A DNA stretch of 64,000 bases from positions 51,584,001 through 51,648,000 of the forward strand of contig OZ320315.1 in assembly GCA_976226885.1 (NCBI GenBank), given 5' to 3'. Below are positions 1 to 10,199 of the stretch, piece by piece (the first letter of the stretch is position 1; each line of letters begins with the position of its first letter). The notes under the pieces were generated by a model, which did no database searches, had not been told where the DNA came from, and was given only the letters and a program-made list of their open reading frames with translations. The position numbers and the translations under genes were made by a program. The DNA is from Iphione sp. A-MEVVRFRX5 (Eukaryota).

Positions 1-187
1 TTGATACAAAAGAATCAGGGAACCACTGAATTTGAGACATACATACCAAATAGGGTAACTCTGTAACTTTCAAGCATATTCAAATTATTTTAAGAAGATA
101 CACTTTACAAAAAGATGTTTTAACCACATTTTCCATTATTTCAAGTTAAACACTTATGAAAAGCATACTTTTACTCATAAATAATAT

Positions 188-379
188 TGTTCACCCTGAT
201 CAAAGAGACATGACTTGCCAATAAAATTTGATGAAGTTTATTGCTGAATGCTTATCACCCTAATGACAACGAGGGTCTGCCCGGCCTGCCTTTTATACAG
301 AATTGTAACTACGGATGGAGCCCCCCTTGAGATTAACTCTGGTAGACCAGCAGGCTCTGCACTGGCAGAGCCTGCAACA
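188..379 (-). repeat. 3' LTR (192 bp)
   Basis: Minus strand starts TGTTGCAGG and ends GGGTGAACA, contains TATAAAA followed by AATAAA, and is directly preceded by a PPT. No second copy seen, so no TSD check is possible. Confidence 0.75.
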
Positions 380-391
380 TTACCCCCTCCC
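380..391 (-). other. Polypurine tract
   Basis: Minus strand GGGAGGGGGTAA immediately 5' of the LTR-initial TGT. Confidence 0.7.
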
Positions 392-573
392 AAGACAGCT
401 CAGTTCCTGAGCTGATTGCATAATAAACATTAAGAACCTTTCTATAGTCTTGTTCCTACTTGAAACAGGCTTGTACTAGCCAATGTAACTCCAGTGCTTA
501 TCACAAAGGGATAAGGTCTGTACTGACCAACACTTACTTCAAGGATAACGTGAATGGTTAGTCCAACCTAAAA

Positions 574-2978
574 CTAGTCAGCTGAGGGGGCCTGTACTGG
601 CCACAGGGTTACCCTAAATTCCTCTTCCACTGTCAGTTCTACGTGCTCGGTGTCACAGAGTCAAGAGGTAAGCTCAGAGGAGAGGAGTGTGGTGATGAAG
701 GTGGGATCAGTCCTCTCTCTCCCCTGCAACCAAACCTCCAGTTCTGTGGCCTCCTCAGGCTGCAACATGTCCAGCAGCAGCTACACCCCCTGCCGGATCC
801 GGGCACTGGATAAATCCCCCTGGGCTGTCACCGTAGCTGTCCCTTCTGCGGTCATGATCCTCCATCCGGCAGGGGGCAGGGTGCGAGGTGTGATCAGGTG
901 GGCTTGCGCCCACCTGACCACAGCAGCTGGTACCTCTACCGGGTCTAAGTGAAACTGTCTGTATGCCCCAGGCCTGCCTCCCCCTCTCACAGGGCCTGGC
1001 CCTATCCCTGGTTGGGAGGGCCATGCTGAGTCCTTTGGGGGAGCCAGCGTGCTAGTAGCCAGAGGGCCCACTGGTAGTCCTGCTGCTTCAGTGCCAGGGG
1101 GTGCCATCCCAGTAGTGCTGGAGGAATATCCTGAGGTGGGGCAGCCACAGTTGGCCCCTCCTCATGTCGTCCTGGGGGTGCAGGGGGGATATCTGGAATA
1201 ACGGGGGGATATCCTGAGGTGGGGCAGCCATGGTTAGCCCCTCCTCACACCATCCCAGGGGTGCCAGGGGGGTATCTTGAGGTGGAACCGCCACGGTTGG
1301 CTCCTCCTCTCAATGTCCTGGGAGTGCCGGGGGGATATCCTGAGGTGGGGCCTCCTGGTCGCCTGGGTCCTCAGTGGTGGGCCCTCCTGGATGAGCTGGA
1401 GGCATCTGGACATCCCTCACAGGGCACATGATGAAGAGCGGAGCATCTGGAACCACGGGGTGCTCCTTGGGGGGCCTCTTGGTGCCTTGGTTGGGTGGAG
1501 CTTCCTCTTCCCGGGCTCTGCCAGAACTGGCCTCCACTGATGCCAATCCTCCCAGGCTGAGCAGCTGGACATTGGGCTGCACCCGGTCGGTCGTGGCGAG
1601 CTCTGCCAGTGAAGCGGCGGCCCAACCCTCCTAGAGCAGTGCCAAGTCTTCCATATCCGCGGCCTCGGTGGTGGGCGTCCCTCTGGCCATGTCCCATCAG
1701 GTGTAGCGGACTCGGCTACAGGGGGTGCCCACCAGATTTGCGCTCAGCTCCTGGGCCAAGGGCCTGGACGAGGTGGTAGAGTCCCATGGCGGTGCTTTGT
1801 CATCGGTGTCAGGGTATGATCCGATGACCATGACGTCCCTGACCTGATCCTCTCTCTCCACATTCTCCCAGCCCTCCCCCAGCCTCTCATCCAGCTCGCA
1901 GGTGGCCTGGCTGTAGGACGAGCTGGCAGAGGCAGGGATGGACTGGGGTCTGTCCCCAGATGCCCGACATGACCAGGGCCTGGTGGAGGGGGGACATCAT
2001 GGACGTGGCTGACTTCTTGGCGGGCGTAGGCAGGCTGGCCGAGTTGATCGGGGAGGTCTGGGGCAGGTACTTCCTCTTGCATCGCTCCTGCACTTCCTTC
2101 CGCATCGCTTGCAGGTCCCAACCCCAGCCAGGTGTAATGGGATTGTTCCAGTCCCCAGAAGAATCAGCTGGGGGCCTGGAGCAGAGTGTCAGAGGGCCCC
2201 GGACCCAGGTGGCCCCCGGTGTCGACGTGGCAGGTGAGGGGCCTGGGGCTGATGTCCCAGAAGTGTCCGAGGTGGAGGCTTGCTCTTGCCAGCTGGGGGC
2301 AAATGCTGGAGCTTCCGGCCAGCTCGTCTGACTGGAGCCTCCGGCGACTAGTCCAAGCTGAGCAGCATCTATAGAGGCAGATGATGTCAGGGTTGCTGGT
2401 GGGCGGCCTTTCCCTGGGGTGGCTATGGTAGAAGTCACTTGCCCCTGCCCAGCCCAGGGGTGCAGCTGCGGTCCCTCTGCTTCCTCATCCGCCTCTTCCA
2501 CCACCATCTCCTCCTCTGTATCCTCCTCTTCCACCGCCGAAGATCGGCCGGTGGCGGCAGGGGGCTTCTTGCACTTGGGAGGCCTCCTGGCCAACTTGAG
2601 ACGGGGTGGGGGCACCTTGCCCCATATCATGACCCCATCCTTCTGCCTCTCGTAGGCCTTGACCTGCAGCTCTCTCTGGTGCTCCTCCTGCCTGTCCTCC
2701 AGAACCGGGATCACCTTTTCAGTAGCTAGGTCCATAAACATGATATCCACTTCCTGCCTGACGGACAGCGGGTTATCGGTGTCCCCAGAGTGCTTCTTCT
2801 CAATGTGCCGCTGGAAGTCGTCCCGGCTGCCGAAGTGAGCCCCCTGACACCTGGTGACCGAGCACAGGTGCACAAACCCCTGCTATGCATATTTCTTCAC
2901 ATGGCAATCGAAGTTATGGGGTTTGTCGGAGATGTAGCCACACTTATTACAGATCTGCACCCTGCCCCTGGAGGCCAT
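574..2978 (-). pseudogene. Disrupted ~800-codon ORF: two C2H2 zinc fingers, acidic/Pro-rich middle, unknown C-terminal domain
   Basis: GCAGCCATGG start at 2978 gives MASRGRVQICNKCGYISDKPHNFDCHVKKYA*QGFVHLCSVTRCQGAHFGSRDDFQRHIEKKH. Track ORFs 2883..3122 and 1887..2873 share a frame, separated by one TAG. It continues through frameshifts/stops (PPQDIPP repeats; YRQFHLDPVEVPAAVVRWAQAHL...EEEFRVTLWPV) to TAG at 574-576. Confidence 0.65.
1120..1356. repeat. Four imperfect coding repeats (ATATCCTGAGGTGGGG core; PPQD(I/T)P on the minus strand)
   Basis: Core near 1126, 1209, 1272 and 1334, spaced about 60-80 bp apart. Confidence 0.75.
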
Positions 2979-3319
2979 GGCTGCATCTTCAAACTTGAGC
3001 TGTCTTGATGCTCCCTCACCGGTGAGCTCCACTGCATTCAGTTCCCTGATAGTGAACTGGGGCTGTTGCAAAAAGGCAGTAAACTTTTGGGATGGAACTG
3101 CTTCCCATGCAGAAAAGGTCACACCAAGAATGGACTATGGGAAACTATTTGAAATGTGATAGGACTGAACCAGGCACCAAGTTTTTAACACTAAACAGCT
3201 TCAAGTAATCTTTAATCAAGTGCCAGCTAATACTGCTATTTGAAATCTTGCAGATACTTTGGCTAATTTGAGTTTATTAGCACAAAATTTACACAGATTG
3301 TCTGTGAGCATTAATTAAT

Positions 3320-3916
3320 ATGTTGCTCTTACTCTGTTCTAGAACTTATCATGGCACTTGTATTCTTGTCATTTATGGAGCGCTGTTTGAGGACCACTTG
3401 AGAATGTGGCATCTTGACCTTATTTACAGAGTACAACTGATCCAAGCAAGTGGGTCATGGGCTGTCCTATGAATTAAATGATGTGCATCATGGAATCCAG
3501 CTTATCAGGTAACCAGCAATTGATCCAATGCCGAGCTGGTGGCACAACAACTCATGAGATTGCAGTTACAATGAGTTGGCGCTCTCAAAGCCAGGATCTC
3601 ATGTGGCATAAAATGCATTGAGAATATTCCATGACTCAGGACTGCTGAGCAAGGCCAACAGTTCCAAAATGATCAAATGGAATTTTTTGTGTTAGGGAAT
3701 CATATTAAATGCCAAAGGAGTTCGATAATTGCAATTGAGGCCATTGGACGATTTATCCTCATGGCTGGAACTACAACAGTATTTGGCATGGTGGAAAATG
3801 AAATACACATCATTAAACAACAAGTGACCCAACTGGAGCAACAACAGTTGGAGATCATCATGATAATGGGGACATGATGACAGTAATCAATCAAACACAT
3901 GTTGATACAAGATGTA
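3320..3916 (+). pseudogene. env: F-type (class I fusion) envelope-like gene, 5' part
   Basis: One frame from ATG 3320: hydrophobic MLLLLC start, YGALFE motif, then KCQR|SSIIAIEAIGRFILMAGTTTVFG (cleavage-site/fusion-peptide-like) and heptad-like EIHIIKQQVTQLEQQQLEII. Several in-frame stops. Confidence 0.7.
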
Positions 3917-4909
3917 ACATTCTCCCGGAATGCTCTCAGCCTTGTTGAGGAAGTTCTGCAGCAACTTCTTCTTGTAGTGGATCTTGATGTTCTGGATAAT
4001 TCCTTGATCCAGTGGCTGCAGTACTGAGGTGCCCTGTGGAGGAAGGAAGACCATCTTCACATGGCTTAACTTGAGACCATGTGGGTGTGATGGAGCATTA
4101 TCCAAAAGTAGCACCACATGCCTCCCTTGCCTCTTCATCTTATTGTTGAAGGTGTGCAGCCACTCTTCAAACACTGATGCTGTCATCCAAGCCTTGGTGT
4201 TGGACTTCCATGTCACTGGGAGGGATGACATGTCTATGTGTTTGAAGCATCTTGGTTTAGCTGCCTTGCCAATGAATAGTGTCTTTTCAAAGTCTCCCTC
4301 CATGTTTACACAAAGGGACACTGTAATTCTCTCCATTGACATCTTCACACCACTGGTTGAAGATCCCTTGGTGGCAAGGGTCCTATCAGGCATGATCCTG
4401 TAGAACATCTCATCCATGTTGTAGATGTTGGCAGGGCTGTAGCCTTCCAGCTTCTCAGGCAGATGTTGCAGCCAGTCCTCAACAGTGGACTCCTCCACTG
4501 CTCCACTCTCTCCACACACCTTCAAGGCCCCAATGGAGTGTCTAATATTGAAGCGTTGGAGCCACCCCACTGAGGCCTTGAAGTCAGGCAGGTTGAGCTC
4601 CTTGCTCAGGCTGAGGGCCTTCTCCTGAATGGCAGGCCCTGAGATTGGGATGTTCAGGGACCTCATCCTGCTGAACCATTTGAAGACTGCTGTGTCCAGG
4701 GTGGAGAGGTCAGGGGAGTAATGGTGCCTCTTGGCTGAGGGGTCTGGACATTTGTCAAACTCCTCCATGATCTCCCTCTTCCTCTTAAGGATGCATTGCA
4801 CTTGAGTCTTCCCAACCTTGGACTCCTCAGCAAGGCTCCTTTGGCTCCTCCCTGTGGAGACCCTGATGAGCTTCACCTTGTCCCCAAGGGAGAGTTCGTT
4901 TCTGGGCAT
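3887..4909 (-). pseudogene. pogo/Tigger transposase (CENP-B-type HTH, Tc5 HTH, DDE_1), truncated
   Basis: MPRNELSLGDKVKLI...FKASVGWLQRFNIRH...IYNMDE...LLLDNAPSH...QPLDQGII. The likely start is ATG 4909. The last ~10 codons read through into env sequence. Confidence 0.92.
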
Positions 4910-5746
4910 CTTGGTGTGACAGGAGCTGTAACTGGAGATGTGTGTCCTCACTGGAGACCAGGAGAAGAGTGATTTCTGGAGCTGTCTGACCCCCCTTGTG
5001 TATGCTTGCTGCTCCTGGCTTGGCGGGAAATGGCCCGGACCATCCCGGCCGCCCCTCCAGGGTGAGAGAACATCAGAGACATCACAGTTGATGCCCCTGA
5101 CCACTCCCAGCTGACCCTCTCCAAGGTGTGGGCAGATCAGAGAAGTTGCAGATGATGCCCCCGACCACTCCTGGCCGACCCCCTCCAAGGTGGGGCAGAT
5201 CAGAGAAGTCACAGTTGACAGCTTGGACCCTCCCAACTGACTCCTCCAGGGTGTGGGTACATCAGAGAAGTCGCAGTTGATGCCCCCGACCACTCCCAAC
5301 CCACACTTTCCAAGGTGTGAGCAGATCAGAGAAGTCGCAGTTGACGCCTCGGACTGCCCTGGCTGACCCCTCCTGGGTGTGGGTACATCAGAGAAGTCGC
5401 AGTTGATGCCCCCGACCACTCCCAGCCCACCCTCTCCAAGGTGTGGGCAGATCAGAGAGGTCGCAGTTGATGCCTCGGACCGCCCTGGCTGACCCCTACA
5501 GGGTGTTGGTACATCAGAGTTAGAGACTGTCCCAGCTGAAAATGGTCGGAAATCAATAGTAAAATATACAGAAAGCGTCCCTAGGAGGAGTGGTCAGAGG
5601 CTGAAAATGGTCAGAAATCAATATGGTCGGAAATTGTGAGTCAATCATATAGGAAATGTATTGAAATTAATTCCGTTCCAAGGTGAAGTGGTAGGAATGG
5701 CCGGTTTGGTCGGTAATCGAGGTGGTCGGAAATTAAGATTATACTG
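3917..5746 (-). mobile_element. Tigger/pogo DNA transposon, 3'-truncated, inserted in env
   Basis: Minus-strand end TA|CAGTATAATCTT at 5748/5746, repeated subterminal TGGTCGGAAAT motifs, and a transposase ORF. The opposite TIR and the transposase C-terminus are missing near 3917. Confidence 0.9.
5072..5520. repeat. Minisatellite, seven 62-64-bp units, mostly alternating 64/62 (126-bp dimer)
   Basis: ATCAGAG anchors at 5072, 5136, 5199, 5261, 5325, 5387, 5451, 5513. Confidence 0.95.
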
Positions 5747-5748
5747 TA

Positions 5749-6987
5749 CATTCACATTAGTGACCTTATTGTCTCAGTGAAGGCCCTTGAGCAAGATTTG
5801 TGGACCACCTTGCATATCATTAGCAATGTCACCACTCAAGAAATCCAGCACATTCATGGTATTCTGAATGCGGAGTGATACTTGAGTTTGGCTGGATGTT
5901 AGGTAGAGGTCCATTGTCAAGCTGGAGGCATGAATTGACCATTTGTTAGGTGGACATTTGACACCGGAAGTTATTCCTGCCACTGAGGTACAACCTCTGT
6001 TGCCTGCTGTTGAGTGACAACTGCCATCTCAGTTGAGATTCCCTATCTGTCCAAGGATGTGTAGAGCAATTATAACACCCTGGAGGGTACCAGCGTCATC
6101 TTTGAGAGACTCATCATCACTTCAAATTTGGTACCTCTCATTGACCCGCTGGCATCTTACCATCTATGAAGCCATTAATATTTTGGTACCTATACCAGAA
6201 GCGTGTGCCATCCAATTCAACCTTGAATTTTCCTATTTTAGAATAACCAAGGACCACTGGTGGTATGCTGTTGCCACCGCAGAAGAGCTAATTCACTGTC
6301 GATTGCAAGATGGGTCATGTTTAGTGTCTTGCCCAGTGTATGAAATAAATTGGCATTCATATTCTGTTCTAGCCATTTTTCATCAAGAGGTTAAGCATGT
6401 CTCAAAACTGTGTAAGTGAATTGTTTTAGACAATGTAACTATGTCACTGGCTAAGTACTGTACCTTGACCGAGGTAATTCAGTTGTTACCAATCCAGTTG
6501 CTTTAAATATGCATATCTACTGTGTGAATGGAAGTATTTTTTGACACAGTGCACCTGTGTCCTTTAACCTGGTCAAACTTCCCAACGGTTGTGATGTGGT
6601 AGGTCATGAAATGTCCTTACCTTCTTATTATCTACAACGAAGGGGGTATGAGGTTGAACAGGATCCATTGGTTTTACCTTTTAAATAGTTGATCACTGAA
6701 TCTTTGGTGTGGATGCCACCGTTACCTCCCATTCTGAGCACACTTGTGCTCTCAAGCCATTACCTGATCAGGTGGGGACCGACATTGAGGATATCATTCA
6801 ATATGTTAATGTCCTACATGTTGTGAGGAACCCTCTTTTACCAGGTGCCTCTACTATGTCCACTATAATGTAGGTGATTGGTGGGGTCAGTTTGGCTTTG
6901 ATCCTCTGTATGTGTTGCTACTGTTGTCTCTGCAGTCAGGGGCATTGGCGAAGGTTCACCCCACGTGGGTTTGAGCAACGTCGCTAG
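5749..6987 (+). pseudogene. env: F-type envelope-like gene, 3' part with TM segment
   Basis: HISDLIVSVKALEQDL...IDHLLGGHLTPEVIP...LPSQLRFP...Cys-rich ectodomain...VIGGVSLALILCMCCYCCLC...RR* (TAG 6985-6987). Many stops and frameshifts. Confidence 0.75.
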
Positions 6988-7333
6988 AACGGTTATGACA
7001 CACTGTCTGAAGACCATCCATTTATGCTACCAGCTCTCCCAGTGTACTTATTGTGATATCCCAGGGCACTCCATCATTAATTGTGCTCCCACCATCCTTA
7101 CCTGAACTGGAGCACATTGTGGCTGAGTGCACTGTTAGATTTAAGCATGGCCTGAAGGAGTTAGCAGTTTATTCTCCTACCAGTCCCAATGCACCCCCTG
7201 GGGTCCGTCATGGTTATACACATTACTTTTCTATTTTATGTTAAGATGGTTTGAAATACAGTATTGGCAGAGAGAGAGAAGATCTCTTGCTCAACCTGTA
7301 TTTTATGTTGTTGTGTTAAAATGCACATTGTGT

Positions 7334-7339
7334 AATAAA
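7334..7339 (+). terminator. Candidate polyadenylation signal for the antisense env unit
   Basis: AATAAA about 350 bp after the env stop, in the spacer before the pol end. Function is inferred only. Confidence 0.35.
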
Positions 7340-7509
7340 TAATGATTCTCATGTAATCACTTTTGATAAGAGATATAATGGTAAAAGATCTCCTAAATAT
7401 TATGTCCTGTCCAAGGCTTCAAATTGTATTACATCTTTGAAAGTGAATGATCAGGTAATTGTAATGAATGTTGAGCATGGTGCATGCAGGAGAGATATAT
7501 GAGTGTGCA

Positions 7510-8130
7510 TCAAGCTGTACATATTCGTTTCTTAAAGTTGGACTCATGGCTCGTTCCTCGGTCTGGACATGATCCACTGGGTTAACATCTTTTTTCTTCT
7601 TTTAGGTGTGGTGCAGGTCATTCATTCTCATGCCTTAGTTATCAACAGAACTGGGCCACACTTCAATACAACCAACATTCTTCTCTGGGTCTTTTTGGCT
7701 TATGATACAGAAGGCTTTCCGACTGTCCCTCTTCGAGTGTCTCTCAATGCAGGACTTCCTCCACTGGCCATAGGTAGGGTGATGGTTCCTTCCTATCCAA
7801 GCCCATCAGCAGGCGTTTTTGTGTCATCTTCTTCTTGCAACCTTTGGCTTTGTTGTATGTATTAATTAGGACCATACAACTCTGAGAGCCACATTGGCTT
7901 GTCATAAGGAAGGCCACATTTCATGATCTACCTGTATTGGAATATCCAGTTATGCTAGAAAGTCTGCTGCCGCCTTCTCTTAGGATGTCACGAGAAGGCA
8001 AACTGCACTGTGGTAAGCACCTTACAGGCCTTTTTCCATTTTAGTGGTTATACACAGGCTGAGTTCTGTAGAAAACTTTTTCCAATGGAATACATGTGTC
8101 ATGTAAAGTGTATAGTTATATCTTACCAAG
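7510..8130 (-). pseudogene. Gypsy integrase C-terminal (GPY/F-like) remnant and pol tail
   Basis: YSIGKSFLQNS..PLKWKKACKVLT..HPKRRRQQTF*HN..Y..PMWL resembles YxVGDxVxLxNP..PKWKGPYKV..VHHNRLKPY..PxW. The tail ends ..MSRPRN..LRNEYV. Highly degenerate. Confidence 0.55.
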
Positions 8131-9738
8131 TAAAGCCTTGTATGACATACTTAACTGAGACAAAAATTTTTGTCAAGTAATCATGTTCTTGGAATCAGCT
8201 CTCAGCAGAACATGCTCCTAGGTAAAACATTATAACAACTTGTTTCACAGTGTCGTGTCTGATGTGAACAAAGTAACTCTTATCATCTACATCTCATGAT
8301 GTACCCTGTGTACTTGATACTGTGATGTCATTCAGCATAAAACAAAAACAACTATTGCTCGAGCAGTTCTTATTTATGTTTATTTCTGGATCACTGGATG
8401 TTTGTGTGCAGTGTTTGTCATAATGTTTGAGTATATATAAGGAATTGCTCCAATGCTCTTGTTGGACTCAGCACTTGCTGAACTCTACTGTACTATATGC
8501 TGTGAAGAAGAAAAAAGCCTGCAATTGAACCTACTGGTGTGGTGTGCACTTGGTTGTTACACCAGTAGCAGGTAGCATGTTTACTCAGAACATCATCTTG
8601 AACTAAGGTACTGCACATGTCTGACCCAGTAAGCAATCTACTGAGCATCCACATTGGACGGAGATGCTCTGCACAAAACCCTCTCATTTATATCAAAATA
8701 CAAGTTGAAACAGCTTCCAAGTATGTCTGAAAGTTGTCTATGTTAAATTTGAATCCTCCTACTAATTATTTAACTGCAAACACTCTAATCTCTCCACATT
8801 GGACAAAAGTCCAGTCAATACCCATCCAACATTTTGGTCGGGTTAAATTGGAATTTATAAGCCTACTGGGACATCCCAGTGAAGGGTCCACAGACCCTGT
8901 ACGCAAAAACGAATGCTGATGGGTTAACAGCCACTAAAGTGTGGTCTTGACTTTATTCCCTGCTCGATTCTACATATGTATGCCAGAAACATACCTATTT
9001 GGATGCATTTTATGGTCGATTGATTGTCTTTATCGACTCACACAAGGCATGTTCGCTAAAAAAGCATCATATTGAACAATCGTTGTGTGCACATCTGACC
9101 AGAATCTTCAATTAAAATAAGATATGAGTTGAAATGGCTTACACACGCATCAGAAAGGTGTATTTATGATCTATTTAAGTAATTTCTGACTTGGTTTCGT
9201 CCAAAATGGTCTCATCTGTCCATAGTTCTATGGACAAAAGTCCAGTGAACACCAATCCACCATTTGGATTTGGTTAAATCGAACATAATAGGCCTATTAT
9301 GATTTTTCATATTTCACCTTTGACCTCATACCACACGCTTGTGCGGTGTGTGATCACAGACATGCACGGTCTGAGACGGTAGTATTGTGAAAAGTTTACT
9401 GCATGACCGGGGAATAAAATTGAAATACAGCTAGTCCTTGGATTTTTGGGAAGAGCTTGTGACTGTCTACCTCTCTGCTAACTTTAAAGACATGCTCACA
9501 ATGTCGACTCCCTATAAAGGGGTGCCAATTCCGGAGAACAGGGCGTGTTCAGCTGCTCAAGGGCAACCAAAAACCGAGGAAGAAAAACTAATTGTGAAAT
9601 GCCATTGTTTCAAAGTTCGCTCGCATAATGGTAAATTAAAACCTTTCAGCTTTTGCAATGTCTACTCGAGACTATTTAGTATCATCATCTCAGTTTTCGG
9701 TTGTTCACTCTGTGTCTCAATGTGGTCTCGTTATCTAC

Positions 9739-10130
9739 AGATAAGATAAGATAAAATAAGATATGTATTTATTTGGAATCTCTTTGTGTAGCAGTACAAA
9801 GTTCTTCGTCTGACATAAGCCTGTATTTAACTAGCAACATGTCACACTCAACATATAGTATTTCATTCATCTGAGATGAACAGCATATGTGGTTACTAAT
9901 ACAAATTACAGTTACAGTGATAAAACAGTCAATTAGACATCTGAATAACAATGAGATATGTAAATAGTCCATGCAAGATTAAGTATGAAAACTGATGTAC
10001 TAGATGAATAAGAGTGTAAATATTGTAATGTGTCTTGTCTTCCCAACCAATGACTTCGCAAAAGAAAAGCTGTCCACAAGGTGAAATGAGTTTGGTGTGT
10101 TCTCTTTGAAGTGCAAGTGAGAATTATCTT
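9739..10130 (-). mobile_element. LINE 3' end with (ATCTT)n tail
   Basis: Minus strand AATAAA (9768-9773) followed by ATCTT-type repeats (9739-9762). Weak ORF2 C-terminal similarity upstream. Confidence 0.55.
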
Positions 10131-10199
10131 CATTCAACAAATCTGGCCCTTATATACAGATACTGGCTATACAATTAGCCACAATGATGTGACAGTCAT

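Larger units (their letters stand above)
188..8130 (-). mobile_element. Decayed Ty3/Gypsy-like LTR retroelement, 3' half (integrase tail, antisense env, zinc-finger ORF, PPT, 3' LTR)
   Basis: Read on the minus strand: integrase GPY/F-like remnant, F-type env on the opposite strand, ZnF ORF, polypurine tract, TG...CA LTR. gag/PR/RT and a 5' LTR were not found in the window. That these parts form one element is inferred from order and orientation. Confidence 0.7.

Noticed and set aside
3887-5419. 510-aa track ORF as one intact protein
   Set aside because: The first ~170 codons are translated minisatellite/UTR and the end runs into env. The transposase proper starts at 4909 and is truncated.
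5072-5520. CRISPR-like array
   Set aside because: The 'spacers' are homologous to each other, there are no cas genes, and the context is eukaryotic TE sequence.
8493-8687. BED/THAP zinc finger (HATCYWC)
   Set aside because: Only one CxxC, with no downstream His pair or transposase context.
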